From Tricharina praecox (lineage: Eukaryota): a stretch of 64,000 bases of DNA. The stretch covers positions 248,001 through 312,000 of the forward strand of contig NW_026250420.1 in NCBI RefSeq assembly GCF_024521635.1, given 5' to 3'. Shown here piece after piece: positions 39,162 through 51,100 of this stretch (position 1 is its first letter; each line of letters begins with the position of its first letter). The notes beneath the pieces are model-generated. The model did not search any database. It was given only the letters and a program-made list of their open reading frames with translations, and was not told the origin of the DNA. A program made the position numbers and the translations under genes.

Positions 39162-42100
39162 TCACCGAATAGCCCTGCCAAGTCCTCGCACCACACCCAC
39201 AACTTCCTCCACCAAGCCATCGCATGCACCCGCTACGCAAGAAAATGCACCCACGTCGACACTGCCGTTGCGAACTGCGACTTCAAAGTCCAGATTCGTC
39301 TTCTGTTTGTCAGCCTCCAACCTACGGCGGATGTGGGGAAGTGGGAGGATATAACATACCCTGATGTTTGTGGAAACGCTGCTACTCGTCATGCTCCTCC
39401 TCCTCCGCAGCTTGGACCGTAGTCCCAAAACCCACCACCAGTACCTCACCACCTTCAGCGCCACCGCCGCCGCAAAGAATCGCCCCAGAAAGTCGTGCAG
39501 GAAGGACTGATACATTCTCATCACCGCTCCCGGGCGCCCCCTTATCTGCACCTCACTTCCCACTTCCTCTTCCTCCTCCTCGATCTCTAGCTCCTCGAGC
39601 ACAACTCCTCCCCCTCCTGCGGAAGCACTGCTCATTCCCTCGTGATCGTGCGTCTTCAAAAAGTTGAAAAACACATCCACCTCCACGCCCGTCCACCTCT
39701 GTATGCGCTTCAGATCCACAACTGCATTTTGCACGTTCCCGATAGCGATGAGGTCCATTTGGATATTTCTCACCAGGTCGGTGAGGCTCGACGTCGCAAG
39801 TCCACGAACTCGGAGGGGAACGATATTGAGAGTTGGCGACGCCATGCCCGAAAGCTCGGGGCCGAAAATGTTCCGGTTCGCGAAATAAACTCCGATTATG
39901 ATTTCGTCGGCTGCGCCTATGCGCTGGGACAAGACCCGTGCGAATGCGGCAAGAAACACGGCGTGGACGGAAATGCCCTCTTTACGACAGTAGAGCTCCA
40001 CGCTGGAGGCGTTGCGGATTGCGCCGGGGCGGTAGACCGATGAGCGGCTGGTTGTCTGCGCGGTGCGGCGCTTCTGCACTAATGTCGATTTCGCACCGTG
40101 GAGATACTCGGTCCAGAACTCGCGCTGCTTGTTGGTGTTCTGGATTTGGGTCAGGGCGACGTACTGCAGAAACTTGGGGCCCTCCGGTTCCGGCGTCTGC
40201 ATGCGTGTTTCCCCAGGACGCTGTTTCAGTAGCGAACCCAGCCGTGTGAGAAGCATCGGGAGACTGACTCCGTCGTAGAGTGCGTGGTGAATCGTCAAGA
40301 ACAGAATCGTTTCCGTAGGCGTGTTGTTGTAGTAAAGTCTCACCGCCGGCAGGTTCATGTCGGGGACTTTCTTCTGCTCACGTGCTTTGATGAAACGCAA
40401 GAACACGGGATCCAGTGGCTGTGACGTCTCTGACCAATCAAAGTCTGGCGGAGGTGCCCTAAGTACAACCTGGACGAAGGGTACTTCCTCGTTTCCGGTG
40501 GGGCGGAATATCGTGCGAAGAATCGCTTCCTGTTCCACCAGTACCTTCCAGGCGTGCCGTATCTGCGAGTGGTTTATCCGCGCAGTCCTGAAGGTAAATG
40601 TCGGCATGAAGATGGTACGATTGGAACTTTCCCATGCCTCCAGCATGTAAAGCTGTCCAGCTGTGGCGGGATAGACCGCCTCAATTTGAGCTGGCGGGAT
40701 ATCGTGGAGACATTTAAACATGTCAAGTTCCGCTAGAGACTTTCTGATAACAGCCGTAGAGTCAATTGACGGCGCGGCAGCTGTTCCATTGGTTTTCACT
40801 TCTGAAAGGGAAGTTGCCATACGTTCGATGGTAGCTTCCCGGAGGATGTCGGCGACGTTCAAGCGGATATTTTCCTTGCGCAAGTCCGATGCCAGCCGGA
40901 TGGCACTGATTGAGTCGAGACCGAGATGGAATATTGTCTGTGTGCGCTGTATTTCATCCTCGGGAAGACCGGAGACTTTCGAGAGAACAGTCCGGATTTT
41001 GCGTTCCAGAAGGGACCATTCGCCGGTCTGCTGTTCGATTGCGTACTGCTGCCTGTTTGCCAAGGCCTCGAACCTGACGTGCAACGCTTCTCTGTCGACC
41101 TTGGGGCCGGCAAAAGGTATGCTATCGGTGGCGACGGCATATGAAGGAACAGACCAGTAAGGTAGTACCTTATTCGCAGCAGAAATCACCTTCGGAATCG
41201 CGCTGGCAGCTTGGCTACCAGCCAGAAAAGCCACAAGCACATCCCTTCCTGCGTCACTAGCCACAATAACCGCGCACTCATCCACCTCCGAAGACGCATC
41301 CCTAAGGGAATCGGCAACCTCATCCAGATCAACCCTCATTCCATTCAACACTGGCTGTGATCGTCGCGGCACAACCGGGAGGTTTCCAAAGACCAGGCCG
41401 TTTTCGGCATAGGTGATCACCGGATGCTCTGGATTTTGGACGACGTGCGCGAGTAGGGAGTCCAGGAGCTCAAGGAGATAACTTCCCTCCTCGGACACGG
41501 ACTTGCACGCACTGCGCCACGTGATGGTGTCGCCGCTGCGCTCCATCTCCACTGCGATGTTGTATTCGACGTCGGATGACCCTCCAACAGACCTATACAG
41601 GCTCTCCCCGCCATCACCGGACTCCTGCGACCGCTGAGACAAAAAGAGAGTATCAAACAGCCTCGCCCCTTCACCCCTAACCAGCCGCTGAATCTCCCTT
41701 AGCGGGGTATGTTGGTGTCTCAGCGTCTCCGCTCCATTCTCTTGCACATATGCCAGCAAGTCTGCATACGAGCCGTGAAGGATCGTGCGTACAGGCGCCG
41801 TGTTCATAGCCGGAAACATGACCTCATCTGCACCATCATAGTCTCGGCCGGAGAGCACACTCCCAAAGACCACGTCTGTCTCGCCGAGATAGTAGGCTAG
41901 CATGAGTGCCCAGCATGTCTGACCGAGTGCTTGTAGGGTGGCTCCGATTTGCTTACAGAAGGCGCGGGCTTCGGTCAAGGAAACGGAAGAGATCTTTTCT
42001 GCACGCTTTGTCTGTGCGGTTGGCGAGAACGCCGAGGTCGGCAAAGATGAGGGGATTGCGCCATATAGCTTTTGGCTCCAGAATCGCTTTGACTCCTCGA

Positions 42101-45100
42101 GATTCGTGTCAACGATCTTTTCAATCATCAATCGCGGGGAAGGTCGAGAGATATCGGCGTGAAAGTACGCCCGTCTTAGGTCTTCGTGGAGAAGTCCAAC
42201 GGACCAGCCGTCATACAGTGCGTGCGACATCGAGAGCACCATGTGCGCAGATTCCGGCGCTTTCAGAATGGTGACATAGACTGGAGGTTCAGCTAGCAAG
42301 TCTGCACTGCCCGTCACTCGGTCCATGGTGGCATCGATTGCTTTTTGCACGCAGTCTTCAGTCGGCACTCGAAGCTCCTCCCAATGACAAGAGAAATCTG
42401 CAGATGCGTGGACAACCTGGGCGTAGGCTTGACGAACATCTGAGCCTTCCGTGGAAATGAAGGATGTGCGCAGTATGTCATTGCTCTTTGTTGCAGCCGA
42501 CCAGGCAGCCTCGAGACGGTTGATATCCACCCATTCCTCGAGCTTCAGAACATCATGATTGAAGTAGCGAGTATATCCCGAAGCCAGCGTCTCGGCGATC
42601 ATCGCTTCCTGTAATGGTGTTGTAGGGTACACGACAGAACCGGCACCGAGGCCTGGCATCTTCCGCCTCACGGCGCGCTCAAACTCTGCAAGCGTATTCG
42701 TGCTTGCGGAAGGACCAGCTGCAGCAACATCATCAAGACTCTTGAGCATCTTCCTGATTGTTGCATTGCGCATAATGTTGCTAACGGATATCTCGATCCC
42801 TTCCTGACGGAGTCGCGAGGACAGCTTGATGGCTTCGATACTGTCGAGACCGAGCTCGAGAATAGACGAATCGGCGGAAACCTCGGACTCGGCAACTTCT
42901 GCTAGCCCGCTGATGATTTTGCGCATGACTTTTGCTTGTGCGCTCCACTCAAAAATCTCTTCCCCGGAATCTGGTCCGCTGTGACCCACATGGTCGGCGT
43001 CTTCTTGTGTTCCATTTGGAGATGGAGTAGTAGTCAATGGGTTCCGTTCAGGGTCTGCTAGTATGTTCCGAAGGTTTTCGGCAACGCTCTGCAGAAGCCC
43101 CACCACATTTTCCTGAGCCAACTCCGCTTTGGCAACTACTGTCAACTTAACTATTCCTTTGGCACTCTGGACTGCTTCCAGGGCCAGTAGATACTATCCT
43201 TTATTAGCCAAATTCACATCTCCAATCCCGAGAACGGGCACTTACATCCGCCATTGTCTTTCCCGGTACAATCTCCCAGAGCTCCTCCTCCTCCTCGTCG
43301 CTGCCAGTATCCTTCTGGTACACAAACAGCGTCTCGAACAGCGGTTCCTTAGTTCTCCTCATCCACTTCTGTATCAACCTCAACGGCGTGTGATGGTACG
43401 GCATAGATGTCGAATTGAACCTATGAATGGCGCCTATGAGAGCATTCCACGAGGTTGCACCCGCGACATCGAAAGTCGCCGGGATAGTATTGAACGTAGG
43501 CCCGATCACGCCCTCGATGTTGTCGAGCGGGAGGCTGCGGCCCGAAACCACGAGACCCAGGGTAACGGCTGGCCCGCAATATGGCGACAGCGCGGAGGCC
43601 CAGGCGGCTTGGAAGATCGACTGGGGTGTGCATTGAATCTGTCCACACAGCTTATCTAGTCCATCGGTGCCGAGATTGAGTGTCAACTCCTCTGTGTGGT
43701 CCATTGACGTCTGCTTACCCACCTTGCCTCGGAGTTGATCGAGGTCCAGTGGTTTCGAGGGCTTAACATGCTCCTTCCAGAACTCTCGAGCAGTTCCAAG
43801 ATCGATGCTCAGTATATGTGCGATTACATCCGTGAACTGTGATGATCTCGGAGTGAATGTTCCGAGATACAAGCTCCGAACATCCTCCAGGATCAGCGGA
43901 AGACTGTTTCCATCGTAGAGTGCGTGGAAGATATTGAGGGAGATGACACATCTCGTGGGAGTGCGGATACACTGAATCGAGAACGGAGGCAAGTAGAGAG
44001 TCCTGTTCCGCGCAAAGCTCATCATGAGGCCGTTACTCGCCGCATCCTGGAAATCTTCCGTCTGGATGGTAGTTTCTTCCCAGTTGAGCGACGGCTGCTT
44101 GAGGACGATCTGGGCGTACCCATCGGGAGTCTCACAGAAGCAGGTCCGCAGGATATCGGTGGTCTTGACAACGGCCTTCCACGCTTCATGGAGCTTCCCC
44201 AAGTCCGTTTGCGCGCCCAGCACCATAGGAAACGAATTATAGTAAAGCGACGTCCCTGAATCCAGGAACCTCGCAATCATCCCCTCCTGGAGGGGCGTAC
44301 AGGGCATGACACGTTCAATGTCCTCTGACTGCAGCTTCAGCCGCTCAGTGATGCCAAACGAATTTTTGTTCGCGAATGCAGCGATCCGTTGTTTAGTTGC
44401 CTCGAGCCTAGCGAATTCACCATCTGCCCCAGCACCACCGGCCTGAGATAGTGCACCGGCAATTTGAGAGACGGATGGATTCTGCATTATTAGCGACGGC
44501 GTGGCAGCTGCAAATCCGTTCCTTTTGAGGCGTCGAGCGAGTCCCACGACAGAGACAGAGTCTAACCCAAGCTCGAACACGGTGGATGAGCGCTTGATCT
44601 CCGATGTCTCCAATTTTGTCATCTCGGCCAGCACTGTGCGCAATCGTCGCTCCGAGTCCGTCCATGCATTGTCATTAGCATCTTCACCCCTCCGGGCAAG
44701 CTGCTGCAGCGTCTCGAGTGTGGTGTCTAGGTAGAGTGCCTTGAGGGCTTTGTTGTCTACCTTGTTGTTGATTGACAGCGGCATGTGCGACAGCGGCAGA
44801 AAGTGTGTGGGGACCATATAAGTGGGTAGCTTCTTCCTGCAGGCATCCACTAGCGTCGAGATCAAGGCGGCCCTGTCTCCGTCGTAACAGATCATTGGCT
44901 TCACAGTTGCCCCATCCTGCCCTCGTACAATAAAGAACGAAACCAGCTGATCCTTCTGCTGCTTCGGATGCTTCAGCACGAGTGTCGCCACTACCTCGAC
45001 CGACTGATCCGCCTTCTTGACGACCTCATTGATCTCCCCAATCTCCAATCTCTGGCCTCTCAGCTTCACCTGATCATCTTTCCTCCCCTGAAAATCGAAG

Positions 45101-48100
45101 CAGCCATCATGCAGAATCCGCACCAAGTCTCCAGTGCGGTATATCTTCTCGCCACCGAGCATCGGGAAGGCCTTCTCTGTGAGCTCCGGGCAGTTGAGGT
45201 AGCCGCGGCCGACGAGTTTGCCGGATGCACACAGCTCACCGACGGCACCGCGGGGTACAGGAGTAAATGTGCCTGGCTGGAGGACATATGTGCCGACGTT
45301 GTCGAACTGCGGACCGATGTTGGAGGGCTTGCCATTCGCCGGGACGCGAGGGTACATGGTCATTCCGATTGTTACTTCCGTGGGGCCGTAGCTGCATCGA
45401 TTCCGTCAATAAATATCTCTCGCAGGACACTTAAGAGGGGGAGAGAGATACATACCCATTGTAAATCACGCCAGTCTCACCCCACACATCCAGAATATCC
45501 TGCTTCAACGCCTCACCCCCAGTGATAAACACGCCCCTACAGAGCTCCGGACACTCCTCCGGCCTGAGCAGCCCCGCCAGACTGGGGGTCAAATCCAAAT
45601 GCGTAATCCGCAACCTCTTTATCGTCCCCGGTAGATCCTGAAAGATCACATCTCTTGGCGCCGATACCACACATATCCCCACGCTCCAGCTCCAGAACTG
45701 CTCCAGCACACTCACGTCGAAATGGAAGCTTGCAAACTGTAGCCATCGCGAAGAGCTGTCCCAATGTGGTGTGAAGAGACGCTGAAAGGCGTACATAGCC
45801 TGTACCGCGTTTGTGTGTGTGAGGAGACAGCCCTTGGGAAGGCCCGTCGTGCCGGAGGTGTAAAGGCAGTAACATAAGCTCTCCCCAGTGACCTCGGAAA
45901 CCAAGGGAGCGGAAGAAGATATCGCCGCTATGCGGGAATCACTATCGGCAGAGACAACTGGAACCCCCATGGCATTTTGTAGCTCGGAGCGGTAGATGTC
46001 CAGGGTGAATACCGCCGCCGCGTTCGAGTCCTTCACTATGTACGCCTTCCGATCTATTGGAGCAGTAGGGTCTATGGCGACATACGCACAACCCGCTTTC
46101 AAGATTCCCAGGATTGCGAATGACGCCGCAGGAGACTTGTCGAAGCAGATTCCGATGATGGATCCTGCAGCTATGCCCATGGAGACGATGAGGTTGGCAA
46201 TTTTATTCCCTTGACAGTCGAACTCGCTGTATGTCCATGTTTGCTTTGCGATGGAGGAGTCGTCGATTGAGGTTACGAATTCCAGTGCTGGATCGTTAGG
46301 ATGGTCGGATGCCCAGCGCTGGACAAAGTCATGGAGGAGTGATACCTCACCCGGGATTTCCGCAACCTTGGCGGGGGTGATGGAAAGCAACTCGGTCGAC
46401 ATGTACGAATGATCCGTAGATGAGCCTTCAGGATTTCTCAGAAGATCCAACAGTACCTCTTCAAACTGCCTTATCAACAACTTTGTTTGTTGCATCGGGA
46501 TATGTGAATCCCTTGCAGTCGCCCGTATGAGCAAGTGGTCCTCCTTCAACTTCGGCTCGATCTCAAGGGAAAAAGTATAATCCACCGCCGCATCCTCGGC
46601 GACAACTTCCCATGGCAACTCATTCTCATCCTCCTCGGTCTTTTGGTACACAAAGATGGAGTCGAAGAAGCTCTCCTCTGGGTGCTCAAGCCATCGCTGT
46701 AGCGATTTGAGCGGGGCGTATTGATGCTTCAGTGACCGCATGTTGAACGCCTGAATTTCGCGTGCTAGTTGGAGGTTGCTCTTGTCTTGCAGGTTGCAGA
46801 GTGATGGGATTGTGACCAGGCAAGGGAAGACGGCGCCATCAGCGGACAGACCGGTACGGCCAGAGAGAACCACGCCGACCGTGGGTGCGGCTTCGCCGGT
46901 GTAGGCGGATAGTACCCGTGCCCATGCTGCTTGCCCGGCGGAGTGAAGCGTTATGCCGAGAGTCTGGCAGGTAGCCTCGAGGGAGGATAATTTCGTGGAA
47001 ATGGAAAGTTCTCTGATGTGATAGGTTGTAGCCGTGTTCCGAAGGGGGCATAGATTGGGAAGACGGGTAATACTGCTCCCCTCTAGTTGTTTCTGCCAGA
47101 AAATGCGATCCTTTTCGACTGTCGATGGGTCAAGGGAATGGGCGAGTATAGTTTCCAGGGTGGGAAGGAAATGTAGATTCTCAGACACCTCGCTGCCATT
47201 GTAGCCTGCTGATACATTCCCGAATATGATCTGAAGGGAGGTTGCATCATAAAGCGCATGGTGGCCCGAGAAAAGGAGGTAGCTTCCGGCCGAGACCGAA
47301 TTGAAGAATAGCAACTGCCAGGGTGGAAGTTGAAGGCTCTTCACCACCGCTTCTCCGGCAGCCTTCTTCTCCTTCTCAACGAAGACATGCACATCAGCCA
47401 CGCTCTCGACGCTATGCCACGGCAACTCAATGCTCCCTCGTTGGTACGTAACGGCAGCAAAGGTATGCACATCATCATCGACCTCCACAAACCCAGAACG
47501 GAGGATATCGCAAGCCATGAAAACCGAGTTCCAAGCAGCCCTGAGCTTTTTCTCATCGCAGTCGATGGGGAGCTTCATCAGGGTATGGTTGAAGTATAGC
47601 TCGCCATGTGACCTAAGGAATTGCGAGAGCATGCCCTCCTGCACTGCTGTGCATGGAAAGACGCCGGCTACGGTAGCAGTATCGAGACTTCGTTCGGCTA
47701 AGATAATCGGTAGGAATTTGCTCTGGAAATCATGAACGAGGCCGGATTTCTTATTGATTTCGGTTTCTCCAGTCTTATCCAAGACCACATCGGCCAGTAG
47801 CTCAATCGAAGGACGCTATCACACTCGCATCAGCAAAACCCCCCCCTCATACTCCCACCGGGAAACCAACCTCCAGAATATCCAACACTTCAACCTTCAA
47901 ACCCGCCCTCGCAAGTCCCCTCGCAACCTGCGCGGTGCTGATGCTATCCAGGCCGATTTCATATATCGTCGTGGCCTTACCGATCTGCTCCTCGGGTACC
48001 TTAGAGATGTGTGCCAACACCATCCGGATCTTCAATTCCTTCTCCGACCAAACCTCACTCTCCCGATCATGCGAGTGCGAAAACGCTGCGATGTCTTGCG

Positions 48101-51100
48101 CATGAAACAGCTCCCCCAGCGCTCGCTTATCGATCTTCCCCGCGGCCGAGAGCGGGATGTGGGCGACGACCAGGATGACGGTGGGGATCATGTAGCGGGG
48201 CAGCATCGACTGCGCGTACTTCCGTACCTCAGCGACCAGCTCTTCGCAGGCCGCCTGCACCACCGGCGGGGCGCTGCCGTGCTGCTTCCTCCCGCCCATC
48301 GCAAGAAACGCTACCAACTGCTCCTTGCCCTCCGCACCGTGCCTCAGCACGAGCGTAGCAACATCCTTGACGCTCTCGTGGCGGCCCAAGACCGCATTGA
48401 TCTCGTCCAGCTCCACACGGAGCCCGCGGATCTTAATTTGATCGTCCGCGCGGCCGATAAACTCGAAAGTGCCGTCGGCAAGCTGGCGGACGATGTCTCC
48501 GGTGCGGTAGAGTGTCTCTCCGCGGAAGTTGATAAACCGAGTGCTAGTGAGCGAGGGATTGTTGTGATACTCCCTAGCAACCTGGGGGCCGCCTATACAG
48601 AGCTCGCCGCTGCCAAAGAGCGGGATCGTCCCCGTTCCGCTACGGTGTAGAACTACGAACATCGTTGTCTCGAACGGTCGCCCAATATTGCTCGCTTTGA
48701 TTTTGCGCGACACCGGGGTTATGGTACAGCACATCGCCGCCTCGGTGGGGCCATACGAGTTGACGCAGCGGCCTTCCCACTCATCCGCCAATTTCTGGGG
48801 CATGGCTTCGCCGATGCAGTAGAGAAGCTCCACATCGGGGAGATCACCCGCGGAAAGCGTGCACGCCACCGTCGGTGTCAAATCCAACATCGTTATCTGC
48901 AGTCGCTGTATGGTCGCCGCTAACTCGCCAAGAAGATACTTTGGTGCTGCAGAGCACAGCGTGAACCCGTAGCTCCACGCCATGAAAATGTCGTAGTAGC
49001 ACATATCGAATGTTGTGGCGGCGAACTGGAGCAGCCGTGATGAGGGCTCCCAGCGGATGAGATGCTTTGAGGCGAGGAATGTCTGAACTGCATTATGGTG
49101 TTCGATTGAGACGGCTTTTGGCAAGCCGGTTGAGCCGGAGGTGTAGATTCGGTAGGCAAGGGAACGGGGCGTCAAATCCGGTATGACGGGATTGGAAGTG
49201 CCAATAGAGGCATCGTAGCTGGATAGAAGCTGTTCAACATCGACGATCTGGACGCCCACGAGATCGTTGGCCACACCAAGGACGATTCTCGCCTGCAGTT
49301 CGGTAATCATGAACTCCCGCCTCTTCACCGGCAAACTGTGGTCAATAGGGGTAAACGCACAGCCTGCTTTCAGCACAGCCAAAACACAGATGTAGTACAA
49401 AGGGGATTTGGGAATGCTTAGCGGAATTGCTTCCTCTCGGGAAACGTCGAGTGAAAGAATGTGGTTCGCAATGAAATTTGCCCGATCGTTGAGTTGCCCG
49501 AACGTAAGGCTAGTGAGGGAACCACCATCTTCTAGATATTGCAGTGCAATGCGATCCGGCTGCTCTTGGGCGTTACGCTCAAATTCCGAATGGAGCAGAC
49601 CACCTCCTGCTGACTGGAGAACATTCGGTCGAAGGTTTGCTTGCGAGATAATGGAGGCAGGAAGGAACGAAAAGTCCAGTGCCTTGCTCTCCGCATTGTC
49701 CAGGGCGGATATCATGGTCTGATCAAATTGCTGTAGTAGTACGTCGATATGTTCGTCGAGTATCATATCGCTCCCTGTGTCAGTACCGCCTCATTCAGCA
49801 GAGGGCCGGGTTCGAACATACCGGCGGTAGTGCATGATAATCTCCAACTCATTCTTCGCCGGACTGGGCGCCAACTCGGCCACGATGGAAAAATCCATCT
49901 TCCCCCTCTCCTCGACCACTTCCCACATGTCCGCAATGCTCTCCCGCCCCCGCTGCAGAATAAACAGCGTATCAAACAACCGTCCCCCCTCCGTTCCCAG
50001 GGCGTTCATGATCCTTCTCAACGGTGTCAATTGGAACGCCATGGAATTCGCATTCCCATCCTGTAGCTCCATCATAACCTCTCTCGTAGTGGCGCCTCCA
50101 GTGACCTGCACTCTCACCGGCACCGTATTGAAGCACGGAGCGACAATCGATTCGACGCCATCCACGGGGATCGTGCGACCGCTGACCACAGTGCCGAAGC
50201 AGATATCTGCGTCACCAGTGTACGCCGCGAGCAAGCGCGCCCATGTGCTTTGACCCAGGGATAGCAAGGAGGCGGAGAAGCCTCTGCAAGCACTGTTGAT
50301 CGTCGCCAAATCCCGGGAACACGAAACCCGCCGCGATGCCATCCCCTCGAGCTGTTTCCGCGCAGAATTGGACGCGCCAGTCAGGTCCGGAAACGAACTG
50401 GGCAGCAGGCCCGACAGCTGTTTCTTCCAGAATTCGTCTGCGCGGAGGAGATCCAAGCTCTCCATGTATTGCAGATATGAGTCGAAGGGTGCCCTCACGG
50501 GCAGTTCTGCCCTAGCGTAAGCGCGCTGAACGTCCTCTAGCAATAGTTCCATCGCGAAGCCATCATAGAGTGAGTGGTGAAATGACATCACCAGCGTGGA
50601 TTTGGTAGGAGATTTGAACACGCCAAACGTATATGGCGGCCTTGTGAGATCCAGCGACTCTCCCACGGCAGAAATATGGTCTTCGATCGCGATCGCAACA
50701 TCATCATCCGAGGAATAACTGCGTTCCGACCACGCAACTGGGTGCTCCCTGACCACAATCTGCGCGAATGCATGTTTGTGGTGAATCGTCAGTGCAAAGC
50801 AAGTCCTTAGTATCTCGTGTGCTTCCGCCACAATGTTCCACGCCTCCTCCAATCTCCTCGGATCGGCGTTTAGGCTCAGAACGGTGTGGTTATAGTAGTC
50901 TCGTGGATCCGCGTCCTTCTTGATACTCAGTGTTGATTCCTGCAGTGGAGTGCAAGGGAGGATTTTGACGATCTGGTCTGTAGGATAGGACAGCTGGCCC
51001 AGCACCTCTTCTCGTACCGAAGTGGAGAATTCCTCTAGAGCCGCGGCGCCCGAGTGCTCACTATTGGGGACATCGCGCCGTCCCTGCTCTTGTCCCAGGA

